A stretch of DNA of 64,000 nucleotides, from the NCBI GenBank assembly GCA_965203355.1, contig OZ241889.1, positions 224,001 to 288,000 of the forward strand, read 5' to 3'. The notes under the pieces are model-generated. The model saw nothing but the letters and a program-made list of their open reading frames with translations, searched no databases and had not been told where the DNA came from. This DNA comes from Candidatus Latescibacterota bacterium. Its GTDB lineage: Bacteria; Latescibacterota; UBA2968; UBA8231. Position 1 is the stretch's first letter; every line of letters starts with the position of its first letter. The translations under genes were made by a program, and so were the position numbers. Shown piece after piece: positions 1 through 9,158 of the stretch.

Positions 1-350
1 CAAATAGACGCAAACGAAAATAGGGAGTGGAACCTTTTGAAGTGTAGCTTTACTACACTACCAACGGATAGGCCGATGAATGAATCGAAAGCCCAATGCC
101 CGATAAAATCGGGGGGGGGGGGGTAAGTAGTTGTTTTTTAACAACTTATGAAAATAAAGACTCGGCGTTCTTTCAAGCGTAAAACAAGGTATCGTCATCT
201 CACCAAACACCGCTCCCAGCAATGGTACTTTTGCAACTTGTGCTATTGACGCTGTGCCCATCCTGTTAAGCCGCCTAAGAGTGCCGCAAGCCGCCGGGGT
301 TGTATCCTAAATTTCAAAACGTACCACTGCCTTTCTTAACGGCAACTTCA

Positions 351-449
351 CTCCTGGGGACGGTACGATTCGCCAGACTCGGCCACCCGTTCCCCGCGCC
401 AATGCGACTAGCCCGATCAAAAAGCGAATCCCGAATCCCCACTTTCCAT
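351..449 (-). pseudogene. Internally deleted third copy of the tandem coiled-coil membrane protein gene
   Basis: Has the same upstream spacer/RBS and ATG GAA AGT start as 492..932 and 975..1334, joined directly and out of frame to the shared 3' tail (GGGATTCGGGATTCGCTTTTTGATCGGGC...); stop after about 10 codons. Confidence 0.7.
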
Positions 450-491
450 CAGAACACCTCCGCCAAAGCTGTCGCCAGATAGGTTACTCTT

Positions 492-932
492 TTATCCCTG
501 GGGATGGTACGACTCGCCAGACTCGGCCACCCGTTCCCCCGCGCCAACGCGCCCAGCCCGATCAAAAAGCGAATCCCGAATCCCCTCAATAAGCCCTGCC
601 GTGTGAGCCTGAGATTGCTCCAAACGACCCACACGAGACGAAAGAGCTTCAAGCGAATCCCGAATCCCCTCGATAAGCCCCGCCGTGTGAGCCTGCTCCT
701 GCTCCAAACGACTCACACGAGACGAAAAATCGTCAAGTGAATCCCGAATCCCCTCGATAAGCCCTGCCGTATGCGCCTGAGATTGCTCCAGATGCGCTTG
801 AGACTGCTCCAAACGACCCACACGAGACGAAAGATCCCGCATCTCAGCGCGGATGCTTCGCGTCGTAGCCAGTATTAAACCCGCCAACGCAATACCGACG
901 CCTATAACAGTCCAGTCCACATTACTTTCCAT
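492..932 (-). CDS. Small membrane-anchored coiled-coil protein with three 28-aa repeats
   Basis: N-terminal hydrophobic helix (VIGVGIALAGLILA), repeats of SSRVxRLEQxQAHTAGLIEGIRDSL, RBS GGAGGAGG upstream; paralog of 975..1334. Confidence 0.75.
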   Translation of the reverse strand: MESNVDWTVIGVGIALAGLILATTRSIRAEMRDLSSRVGRLEQSQAHLEQSQAHTAGLIEGIRDSLDDFSSRVSRLEQEQAHTAGLIEGIRDSLEALSSRVGRLEQSQAHTAGLIEGIRDSLFDRAGRVGAGERVAESGESYHPQG

Positions 933-974
933 GAGAACACCTCCTCCAAAGCTGTCGCCAGATAGGTCGCTCTT

Positions 975-1334
975 TTATCCCTGGGGATGGTACGATTCGC
1001 CAGACTCGGCCACCCGTTCCCCCGCGCCAACGCGCCCAGCCCGATCAAAAAGCGAATCTCGAATCCCCTCGATAAGCCCTGCCGTATGAGCCTGAGATTG
1101 CTCCAAACGACTCACACGAGACGAAAGATCGTCAAGCGAATCCCGAATCCCCTCGATAAGCCCCGCCGTATGAGCCTGAGCCTGCTCCAAACGACTCACA
1201 CGAGACGAAAAATCCCGCATCTCAGCGCGGATACTTCGCATCGTAGCCAGTATTAACCCCGCCAACGCAATACCGACGCTCACCAACGCAACGACGACAC
1301 CTACAAAAGGAATCCAGCCCACATTGCTTTCCAT
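975..1334 (-). CDS. Small membrane-anchored coiled-coil protein with two 28-aa repeats
   Basis: Paralog of 492..932 with an identical C-terminus (FDRAGRVGAGERVAESGESYHPQG); RBS GGAGGAG upstream. Confidence 0.75.
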   Translation of the reverse strand: MESNVGWIPFVGVVVALVSVGIALAGLILATMRSIRAEMRDFSSRVSRLEQAQAHTAGLIEGIRDSLDDLSSRVSRLEQSQAHTAGLIEGIRDSLFDRAGRVGAGERVAESGESYHPQG

Positions 1335-1394
1335 GAGAACATCTCCTCCAAGGCTTTGACCAGATATACTACTTTACTCATCCCTATCCATTTG

Positions 1395-3824
1395 TCAACC
1401 ATCTCGCCGCCACGCCACCACCAAGCCCACCAATACCGCCAAGCCCACCAATACCGCCAGCCGCGACCAAGCCAACACTCGCGAAAAATAGCGCAATTCC
1501 ACCTCGTGTTCTCCCGCCGACAAAGCCACGCCCTTCCATATATAGTTCACCCGCAACATCTCGGCCTCTTGCCCATCCACCCACACCGACCAATTCGATT
1601 GGTAATTCTCCGACACCACCAACAAACGCGGCTCCTTACTGTTCGTCCGCAGGCGAATCAGCCCGTCCGCCGGATCGTACGCCAGCCGCTCGATCCGGTC
1701 GCCCGCCCACTCCCCCGCGCCATCGAGCTGCACCGTCGGCACTTTCTCCAACAAAGCCACGCGCTGCAGATCCACCCGGCCGCTCAGCAGCCGCGTCAAA
1801 ACCGCCTCGCCGCCATCCAAAACCTCGGCTTGCGGCACCAAGTAAAACCACGGCAACGCCTGCGGATTTTCGTACAGGCGAAAGCGCGCCGCCTCAAAGC
1901 GCAGCGGATACGCCGCCATATTCAGTTCTAGCGGCTTGGGCACAGCCAAGTACTTCCCATTGAGCAAATTCAACAGCGATTGAAACCCTGCCGACGGCAC
2001 CCCCGTGTGCAAAAATTGCTGCACCAGCGGCTCAAACTCCTTCAGCATCCGATCGTAGCGCCCCACCGTCAAATCGTGAAAACCCGTAATGGACCAAACG
2101 CCGTGCAAGTGATAGCCCGGCTCCTCCAGCACCCGAAAGCTAGGCAAGGGCAAGATGCGAAAGAGCGACTCATCGCTTTGCAAAAACTGAACGGCACGCG
2201 GATTCTCTCGGCGAATATCGGTATAGTGGCTCGGATTCCGATAGTGCAAATAAACCCGATCAACGCGCCACGTATCGAACAGCGTCACCGCACACAAACC
2301 CGCCACCAACACCGTCGCCGAAAGCTGGCCCCACAGCCGCAGATAGAGCAACGCCAAACCCGCACCCACGGCCAGCACCACGCACCAGCCGCCGCGCGCA
2401 ATCCAATCGTAGCTCCCAGCCAACACCGCCCTCTTCTGCGGCGCAATGTCCTCGTACAAAGCAGAAATCCAAGCGTCGGTCATGCCCTGCGGAAAAAGTG
2501 CCACCAGCAAGGCCAGCGCGGCGAGGATGCCGCCGACATAGGCCAAGCGTTTCCGCAACACCGCCCGCTCGTCCGCGTCGGCGTCTAATACCCGCTGCAA
2601 CCCCAACCCAGCCAGCGCACACCCGGCAAACGCGAACACAAACGAACCCATGCCAATGGCGCGCTGCACATCCGCCCCGGGCAGCAAGTGAAACGCCAGC
2701 CAATGCACGGGCGTGTGCTCGCCCAATACGTAAGCCAACGCCAGCACAAACACGCCCCCCAATACCACCACTTGAGGACGCCGCCGCCACTCTGGCACCA
2801 TCAGCAGAGCCAATAGAACAGCCAGCACGCCAAAGTACTCGGAGTTGACCTTGAACGCATTGCGGCCCCAATAGCGCGAACCACCCTCCACCAGCACATC
2901 GTCGTACCCCCCGAACTCCGGCACCACCAGCGACGCCACTTCTTCGGGATGCAGAGACCAACTCCGCGCATACGCAAGCTGTTCCTCCACCGTCTTGCCG
3001 CCCACCTCATCGCCCGTAGCACGCTTGGACTCGGCGCGCGTGTAGAGCATCACCGGAAAGGCCCCCTCCGCTCCCAACGCCAAGCCCAGCACCACCGCGC
3101 CGACAAAATGCACCAAGCGGCGCACCAAAGCCCGCTCGCGGCGCATCTGGTACAACTTAAATAGGAAATAGACGCCGAGGCCCAAGAGCGCAAAGTACGT
3201 CATCGGCGGATGAGAGTAGATACACGCCCCAATCAGCACCCCGACTGCCGCCCAATAAATCAGCCTGCTCCGCGCCAAAGCCCGTTCCAACGCCCCGATG
3301 ATCCACGGGAACAGGGCAATGACGCCCATCTTGGCATAGTGCCCGGCCAAAGGGAACGCCAAGAAGGTCGGCGCAGACATAAAAGCCACCCCGCCCCACA
3401 GCGCGGCGCGCCCACCCACGTGAACTTGCCGCAAGTACGCGTACATCCCCAAGCCAGCGACGAACATCGTCAGGATATAGCGCCAGCCAACATACCGCTG
3501 AAAGCTCGTAAAAAAGTACAAAACGTACGCCGGAAAGTACTGGGGACGAATGCCCTCGGACTGGGGGAAGCCGCCCATCTTGGGATCCCACATCGGCTGG
3601 TCCACAGTCTGCACTTTGTCCCAGAAGCTCAGGTCCGCGCCCTGGTGGTAATCCGTCCCCACATCCATGCCAAAGACGATCTTGTCCGACAGCGGGAATT
3701 CGTAGAAGTACAGCAAGCTCAAGGCGAGAAAAAAGATCGGCGGAAAAAGTCGGTGATTCCACAAGGGCGACCTATCGGCCTTTGCCGGTGCTTGGGTTTT
3801 GGCGCGTTTGTTCTTTTGGACCAT
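1395..3824 (-). CDS. YfhO-family (GT-C-like) polytopic membrane protein
   Basis: Many TM helices and a typical YfhO C-terminus (LLVVSENYQSNWSVWVDG...NYIWKGVALSAGEHEVELRY); start reassigned to MVQKNK at 3824. Confidence 0.75.
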   Translation of the reverse strand: MVQKNKRAKTQAPAKADRSPLWNHRLFPPIFFLALSLLYFYEFPLSDKIVFGMDVGTDYHQGADLSFWDKVQTVDQPMWDPKMGGFPQSEGIRPQYFPAYVLYFFTSFQRYVGWRYILTMFVAGLGMYAYLRQVHVGGRAALWGGVAFMSAPTFLAFPLAGHYAKMGVIALFPWIIGALERALARSRLIYWAAVGVLIGACIYSHPPMTYFALLGLGVYFLFKLYQMRRERALVRRLVHFVGAVVLGLALGAEGAFPVMLYTRAESKRATGDEVGGKTVEEQLAYARSWSLHPEEVASLVVPEFGGYDDVLVEGGSRYWGRNAFKVNSEYFGVLAVLLALLMVPEWRRRPQVVVLGGVFVLALAYVLGEHTPVHWLAFHLLPGADVQRAIGMGSFVFAFAGCALAGLGLQRVLDADADERAVLRKRLAYVGGILAALALLVALFPQGMTDAWISALYEDIAPQKRAVLAGSYDWIARGGWCVVLAVGAGLALLYLRLWGQLSATVLVAGLCAVTLFDTWRVDRVYLHYRNPSHYTDIRRENPRAVQFLQSDESLFRILPLPSFRVLEEPGYHLHGVWSITGFHDLTVGRYDRMLKEFEPLVQQFLHTGVPSAGFQSLLNLLNGKYLAVPKPLELNMAAYPLRFEAARFRLYENPQALPWFYLVPQAEVLDGGEAVLTRLLSGRVDLQRVALLEKVPTVQLDGAGEWAGDRIERLAYDPADGLIRLRTNSKEPRLLVVSENYQSNWSVWVDGQEAEMLRVNYIWKGVALSAGEHEVELRYFSRVLAWSRLAVLVGLAVLVGLVVAWRRDG

Positions 3825-3841
3825 AGAATCCTTCCAGCGGC

Positions 3842-4960
3842 CTAATCTCGTCCCATTTCTTCGACCACCCGCAAATATACATTCTCCAGATCCTCGGCCA
3901 ACCGATCCCAACCAAACCGCCCGGCCCACACTCGACCCGCCATCCCCAGTGCCTGACGCTTGGAGTCATCCGCAATCAACGCCCGCATCCCGTCTGCCAA
4001 AGCCCCCACATCCTCGGGCGGCACCAACACCCCAGTCTCATCGTGGCGCACGGCGTCGCGCAGGCCGTCGATATTGGTTCCCAACACAGCTTTACCAGCG
4101 GCCGCCGCTTCTACGGCCACCATGCACCAACCCTCGTAGCGGGACGGGACGCAGACCATGAGCGCACGGCGCAAAAGCTCGCCTTGTCGTTCCTCTTCCA
4201 CGCTCCCGATTATCTCCACCCGGCCCGCCAAACCCGCCCGCCGCGCCAAGCCGCGCACCCTAGCGAGTTGCGGCGGAGTGCCGCGCCCGGCCAGCTTGAG
4301 GTGAATATCCGGGTACTCGTCAGCCATCTCGGCAAACGCAGCAATCAACAGGTCAATCCCCTTCGTGTGTACATCCATGCGCCCAAAGTAGAGCAAGTAC
4401 GGCGCTTCCTCGGGCACCAGCGCAAAAAAGCGCCGATCGACGCCGTTGTACACTATATCCACCTCCGCATCGTGCGCCCGGCACTGAATGGACGCGCGCA
4501 CACTCGGAGAGATCGTCAAGATGCGTCCATAGGCACGCAGGACGCGGCGCTCGCACAGCCACGCCACGCCGCCCACCAGCGGATGCTTGGCGAAGGCGTG
4601 CATACCCATGAAGTGATGAAACAAAAGCAACCCCTGCCGCCGCAGCGCGGCCGGAACGCGCAACGGCGCAAACGCCGAAAACTCGTTGATCCACAAATCC
4701 CATTCCAACCGCTGCAACTGGGCTACGGCCGCATGGCAATAACCCAAACGGCTCAGGGCATAGCTGCGGGCCGAGCCGACCCGCAACAGGCGCAGGCCGT
4801 GCCGCTCGGTCTCCGGCTCCGCCCCGGGAAAAAGGCCGCTGACGACGGTAATCTCGTGGCGGCTGGCCAAGCGGCGATAGAGTTCCATCGCCCGCACCGC
4901 ACCGCCGCCACCCAGCCACGGATTGGCCGGGTCGTCGTACATCAAGTGGCAAATCTTCAT
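3842..4960 (-). CDS. Glycosyltransferase family 4 (GT-B)
   Basis: GGGAV N-terminal motif, YFGRMD..KG, PSRYEGWCMVAVEAAAAGKAV (ExxxxxxxE-type motif). Confidence 0.85.
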   Translation of the reverse strand: MKICHLMYDDPANPWLGGGGAVRAMELYRRLASRHEITVVSGLFPGAEPETERHGLRLLRVGSARSYALSRLGYCHAAVAQLQRLEWDLWINEFSAFAPLRVPAALRRQGLLLFHHFMGMHAFAKHPLVGGVAWLCERRVLRAYGRILTISPSVRASIQCRAHDAEVDIVYNGVDRRFFALVPEEAPYLLYFGRMDVHTKGIDLLIAAFAEMADEYPDIHLKLAGRGTPPQLARVRGLARRAGLAGRVEIIGSVEEERQGELLRRALMVCVPSRYEGWCMVAVEAAAAGKAVLGTNIDGLRDAVRHDETGVLVPPEDVGALADGMRALIADDSKRQALGMAGRVWAGRFGWDRLAEDLENVYLRVVEEMGRD

Positions 4961-4977
4961 GGACTTTTGCCCGCGCT

Positions 4978-5574
4978 TCAGAGCACGCCTTTAGTCGAAG
5001 GAATGCCTTGGACCCGCTCGCTCCGCTGCGCAGCCATGAGCAGGGCGCGCGCGAATGCCTTGAACAGGGCCTCAATACCGTGGTGAGCGTTGTGGCCGCG
5101 CACGAGGTCGAGGTGCAGATTCATCCGACCTTGGTCGGCCACCGCGTAGAAAAACTCGCGCACCAAGGACACATCCAGCGCGCCGACTCGCTCTTCGCTG
5201 AAGGCCGCGGCAAAGACCAAATAGGCCCGGCCCGACAAATCCACCACAGCCCGCGCGAGCGCTTCATCCATGGGCACGTAGCTGTGGCCGTAACGCTGAA
5301 TACCGGCCTTGTCGCCCAAGGCTTGAGCCATGGCTTGGCCGAGGCAGATGCCCACGTCTTCCACCGTGTGGTGAGCATCCACATGCAGATCGCCGCGGCA
5401 TTGGACGTCTAGATCGCACAGGCCGTGCCGAGCAAAGGCGTGGAGCATGTGATCGAAGAAGCCGAGGCCCGTGTCGGCGCGGCATTGGCCGCTGCCGTCG
5501 AGGCACAACCGCAACTCAATCTCGGTCTCAGTCGTCCGACGTACAATCTGCGCCGTGCGCTGATCTGCGCTCAT
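4978..5574 (-). CDS. hisB: Imidazoleglycerol-phosphate dehydratase
   Basis: RRTTETEI, TGLGFFDHML, DAHHTVEDVG, PMDEAL, NAHHGIEALFKAFARAL; ATGA overlap with the hisD stop. Confidence 0.95.
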   Translation of the reverse strand: MSADQRTAQIVRRTTETEIELRLCLDGSGQCRADTGLGFFDHMLHAFARHGLCDLDVQCRGDLHVDAHHTVEDVGICLGQAMAQALGDKAGIQRYGHSYVPMDEALARAVVDLSGRAYLVFAAAFSEERVGALDVSLVREFFYAVADQGRMNLHLDLVRGHNAHHGIEALFKAFARALLMAAQRSERVQGIPSTKGVL

Positions 5575-6875
5575 GGTGTGGATCCTTGTTGGCGGATGCG
5601 GACCGCTTGGGCGTGGGCCTCCAAGCCCTCGGCTTGCGCCATGCGGGCGATGTGATCGGCTGTGTGGGCCAAGCGCTCGGAGGTGTAGGCGATGATGCTG
5701 GTCGTCTTGACGAAATCGGCCCACCCCAACGACGAGGCGTAGCGGGCCGCGCCTTGGGTCGGCAACACGTGGTTGGTGCCAGCGAAATAATCGCCGACCG
5801 ACTCGGAGGAAGCCGCGCCGAGGAACAGCGCACCGCAGTGGCGAATGGAATCCAACCAATGCCACGGGTCGGCCACCTGCAATTCGGCGTGTTCCGGTGC
5901 TAAGCGGTTGAGCAGTTCAATCCCCTCTTTGAGGCTAGGCACCACGACAATCGCGCCGTATTCTTCTAGGGCCCTACTTATAATTGAATAGCGCGGGAGC
6001 ACCGCTCGTTGTGCCTCAAGTTCCGCTTGTACGCGGCGCGCCAAGGCCGCGCAATCCGTGATGCACACGCACGCCACCCCCCAGCCATGCTCGGCTTGCG
6101 AGAGCAAATCCGCCGCGACCAAGCGCGGGTCAGCCGCTGCGTCGGCGAGCACCACGATCTCCGACGGGCCGGGCAGCAGCGCGATGCCCACTGTGCCGAA
6201 GACCTGCCGCTGCGCCGCCACCGTATAGGGAGAACCCGGGCCGACGATTTTGTGTACCGGCGGAATGCTCTCCGTGCCATACGCCAGCGCACCCACGGCC
6301 TGCGCCCCACCCACAGCGTACACCTCGTCAATACCCAACAGGTGCGCGGCCGCCGCAATCACCGGGGCCGGGCGACCAGCCGCTACGGGCGGCGTAACCA
6401 CGCAGAGCTGATCCACGCCAGCCACCTGCGCGGGCACGGCCGTCATCAGCAGGCTCGAAAACAGCGGCACCTCGCCAGCCGGTACGCACAGCCCCACCCG
6501 CTCAATGGGCGTGATTTTCTTGCCCAACATCACCCCATCGCCATCTTCGACAAACCAAGCGTTGATCTTTTGCCGCTCGTGGAAGGCGCGGATATTAGCT
6601 ACCGCCGCTTCCATAGCAGCGCGCAGGTTCGGGTCGAGCGCGGCCTCGGCCTCGGCGAGCACAGACGCTGCTACCCGCAACTGCCGAGGGCACACCTCCA
6701 CGCCATCGAAACGCTGGGTCAGCGCACACAGGGCGGCATCGCCTTCTTTCCGCACCTGCCGCAGGATGTCCCGCACCGCGTCCTCGACTTCGGGGTCGGA
6801 TTCGGGGCGGCGCGCCAGCAGGGCGGCGAGCGGGGCAGCGAGCGGGGCAGCGGGATAAGACGCAATGGGGACCAT
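5571..6875 (-). CDS. hisD: Histidinol dehydrogenase
   Basis: GGAQAVGALAYGTESI, KIVGPG, GPSEI, DLLSQAEH, APEH, GDYFAGTNHVLPT. Confidence 0.95.
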   Translation of the reverse strand: MVPIASYPAAPLAAPLAALLARRPESDPEVEDAVRDILRQVRKEGDAALCALTQRFDGVEVCPRQLRVAASVLAEAEAALDPNLRAAMEAAVANIRAFHERQKINAWFVEDGDGVMLGKKITPIERVGLCVPAGEVPLFSSLLMTAVPAQVAGVDQLCVVTPPVAAGRPAPVIAAAAHLLGIDEVYAVGGAQAVGALAYGTESIPPVHKIVGPGSPYTVAAQRQVFGTVGIALLPGPSEIVVLADAAADPRLVAADLLSQAEHGWGVACVCITDCAALARRVQAELEAQRAVLPRYSIISRALEEYGAIVVVPSLKEGIELLNRLAPEHAELQVADPWHWLDSIRHCGALFLGAASSESVGDYFAGTNHVLPTQGAARYASSLGWADFVKTTSIIAYTSERLAHTADHIARMAQAEGLEAHAQAVRIRQQGSTP

Positions 6876-7753
6876 CAGTACACGACCTTGTTGAGCGGAT
6901 ATTCAATGATGCCTTCGGCTCCGAGCCGCTTGAGCTGGGGGATCACCTCGCGCACCACGCGCTCGTCAGCGACGATTTCCAGTGCCACCCATTCGTCGTC
7001 CATCTGGTTAGATACCGTGGGCGTGTGTAGGGCTGGCAGCCGGGCGATGACGCGGTCGAGCTGGGCGCGCGGCACGTTCATCTTGAGGCCAACCTTGTGC
7101 TCGGCCTCGAGCGCCCCCTTGAGCAGCATCAGCAAGTTCTCGGCCTTTTCTCGCTTCCAACCATCGGCCCACGCCTCCTGGTTGGCAATCAAGCGCGGCG
7201 TCGAGGCGCAGACCGTATCGACGATGCGCAGCCGGTTGGCCTTGAGCGATGTGCCCGTCTCGGTCGCCTCGACAACTGCATCCACTAGCCCGGGAATGCC
7301 GGCCTTGACCTCGGTCGCGCCCCACGAAAACTCCACCTCGGCCTCCACGCCGCGGTCCTGCAAAAAACGGCGCGTCACGCCGACCAACTCGCTGGCGATG
7401 CGGCAGCCCTGCAGGTCTGCGACGCATTGGATGGGAGAATCCTCGGGCACGGCAATAACCCAGCGCAAGGGCTGCGCCGTACTCTTGCTATAGGTCAGTT
7501 CGCCCACTTCTACTACATCGACCTCGCTTTCGAGGATCCAGTCCCGACCCGTCAGGCCGATATCGACGACGCCGCGCGCCACATACTGGGCAATTTCCTG
7601 CGCCCGGAACATGAGGCCCGAAAGCTGGGGATCGTCCATGTCGGGCACGTACGAGCGCGCCGCCAAACGCACCCGATAGCCAGCGCGAACAAACAGATCA
7701 AACGTGGACTCCTTCAAACTCCCGGAAGGAAAGCCAATTTTCAATTTCTTCAT
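6875..7753 (-). CDS. hisG: ATP phosphoribosyltransferase (long form)
   Basis: PSGSL, FRAQEI, DIGLTGRDW, FSWGATE, ETGTSLKANRL and the C-terminal regulatory domain; lies upstream of hisD. Confidence 0.95.
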   Translation of the reverse strand: MKKLKIGFPSGSLKESTFDLFVRAGYRVRLAARSYVPDMDDPQLSGLMFRAQEIAQYVARGVVDIGLTGRDWILESEVDVVEVGELTYSKSTAQPLRWVIAVPEDSPIQCVADLQGCRIASELVGVTRRFLQDRGVEAEVEFSWGATEVKAGIPGLVDAVVEATETGTSLKANRLRIVDTVCASTPRLIANQEAWADGWKREKAENLLMLLKGALEAEHKVGLKMNVPRAQLDRVIARLPALHTPTVSNQMDDEWVALEIVADERVVREVIPQLKRLGAEGIIEYPLNKVVY

Positions 7754-7762
7754 AATAGTTTC

Positions 7763-7838
7763 CAGTGGTCAGTGGTCAGTGATCAGTGATCAGCACCACT
7801 CCACGTGCGGGGGGACTGGCCACTGGCCACTGACCACT
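7763..7838. repeat. Heptamer tandem repeats (CAGTGGT/CAGTGAT)n followed by inverted copies (hairpin, STRR-like)
   Basis: cagtggt-cagtggt-cagtgat-cagtgat-cag at 7763-7793 and actggcc-actggcc-actgacc-act at 7815-7838. Confidence 0.7.
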
Positions 7839-8709
7839 ATCTTAGCTTGTACAGCGCTTGCCGCGCCGCGGTTTGGTCTTGCTCCGTGCCCTCTCGCATG
7901 AGCTGCTGCAAGTGCGGCACGGCCCGCACATCACCCACTTCGGCGAGGGCGTGTACGGCCTTGCTGCGGATGCTCTGGAGCTCGTCGGCGTCGAGGGCGA
8001 CCAGCAGGGCTTCGTAGATGGCGTCGCGGGCCGGCGGGTGATCGATCTGGCCGAGGGCTTGCACGGCCACGTAACGCACCTTGTTCGAGGGGTCCTGCGA
8101 CATGCGGATGACTTCTGCTGCTGCGTCGCGGTATCCGTAGGTGTGCAAGCTCTGCAAGGCGGCGATCCGCCATTCGGGCTTGGGGGCACGCAAGGCGCGG
8201 CGCACCACGCGGAAAGCCGAGTCGCTCAAGGCCGGCTCAGCTTCGTACGAATGGCACGGCCCGAGCGCACCGAGCACGTATTGGCGCACTTCCACCGTGG
8301 GGTCGCGTGCGTACTTGAGTAGCGGGGCGAGGGCGACCGGCGCGCCGATCTGGCCCAATGCCCACGCCGCGGCGGCCGCCACCCGCGGCGACTTGTCTTT
8401 TAGAGCGGCGACTAACGCTGGCACGGCGCGCTCGTCCTTAAAGCGGCCCAACAGCTGTATGACCTCAAACCGCACGCGGATGTACCCGGAGTCGGCTTCC
8501 TCAATCAGCAGGGGGACGACCTCGTCGGCGTCGAAGCGGATGAGCTGGTTGGCGGCTTTGACGCGCTCGGCTTTTTGCAGGCTTTTTAACTGCTGAAGAT
8601 ACTCTTCCGGCGTGGGGCCTCCACACGCAAAGCCCAAACCCACTAGCAAGGCCCCAAGGGCAAGCCGTGCGCTGCCACATTTTTGCTTGTCGAACAAAGT
8701 GCCCGCCAT
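7837..8709 (-). CDS. HEAT-repeat (PBS-lyase-like) lipoprotein
   Basis: Lipobox-like LGFAC and repeated VRxxAxxALGxI units. Confidence 0.8.
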   Translation of the reverse strand: MAGTLFDKQKCGSARLALGALLVGLGFACGGPTPEEYLQQLKSLQKAERVKAANQLIRFDADEVVPLLIEEADSGYIRVRFEVIQLLGRFKDERAVPALVAALKDKSPRVAAAAAWALGQIGAPVALAPLLKYARDPTVEVRQYVLGALGPCHSYEAEPALSDSAFRVVRRALRAPKPEWRIAALQSLHTYGYRDAAAEVIRMSQDPSNKVRYVAVQALGQIDHPPARDAIYEALLVALDADELQSIRSKAVHALAEVGDVRAVPHLQQLMREGTEQDQTAARQALYKLR

Positions 8710-8822
8710 ACTGCGTTTTCTATCGAATGAGAGGGAGCTTGCGGCGGCTGATTCTCATTTGCGAATGTATGGTAAAGATAAAAGCCATATATAACCTCGT
8801 CCACTGCATCCGCCGGCCGTTT

Positions 8823-8851
8823 TTGACAACACGCCTAGGGGCTTTTATACT
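8823..8851 (+). promoter_or_regulatory. Sigma70-type promoter for the SelW-like/TPR/rdgB operon
   Basis: TTGACA (8823-8828), 17-bp spacer, TATACT (8846-8851); RBS AGGAGG at 8871. Confidence 0.7.
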
Positions 8852-8882
8852 TTTTTGGCCCCTATTCCAAAGGAGGTTTCCC

Positions 8883-9116
8883 GTGAACTTGGAACTCATG
8901 TACTGCTCTGCTTGAGGCTACGAAACCAGAGCCGCCAGTTTGGCGGAACAGCTACTCGTCGCCTACAAGACAGACATCGCCACCTTCTCGCTGGTGCCCT
9001 CCGATCGAGGGCGGTTTGAAGTCAGCCTCAATGGCGAACTGATCTTTTCCAAGCTGCAAGAAGGCCGCTTTCCCGACGACGGCGAAGTCAAGGCCCGACT
9101 CGACGCCCGCCGCTAA
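8883..9116 (+). CDS. SelT/SelW/SelH (Rdx) family selenoprotein with CxxU motif (UGA at 8913-8915)
   Basis: Reading through TGA gives MNLELMYCSAUGYETRAASLAEQLL...LVPSDRGRFEVSLNGELIFSKLQEGRFPD, a full Rdx-type sequence; strong RBS; hairpin CCGCCA-GTT-TGGCGG at 8932-8946. Not in the ORF track. Confidence 0.9.
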
Positions 9117-9158
9117 GCCCGCCTAGGCCTTTTACCATTTTGTATAGGAGGATTCGCT

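Noticed and set aside
492-1334. Regularly spaced repeats as a CRISPR array
   Set aside because: The repeats are in-frame coding units with no unique spacers, and no cas genes are present.
6009-7493. Long antisense or alternative-frame ORFs (e.g. 6009..7493 +, 14982..16259 +, 31661..33283 -, 61129..62253 +)
   Set aside because: Shadow ORFs expected in high-GC DNA; they overlap well-supported genes and have no recognisable motifs.
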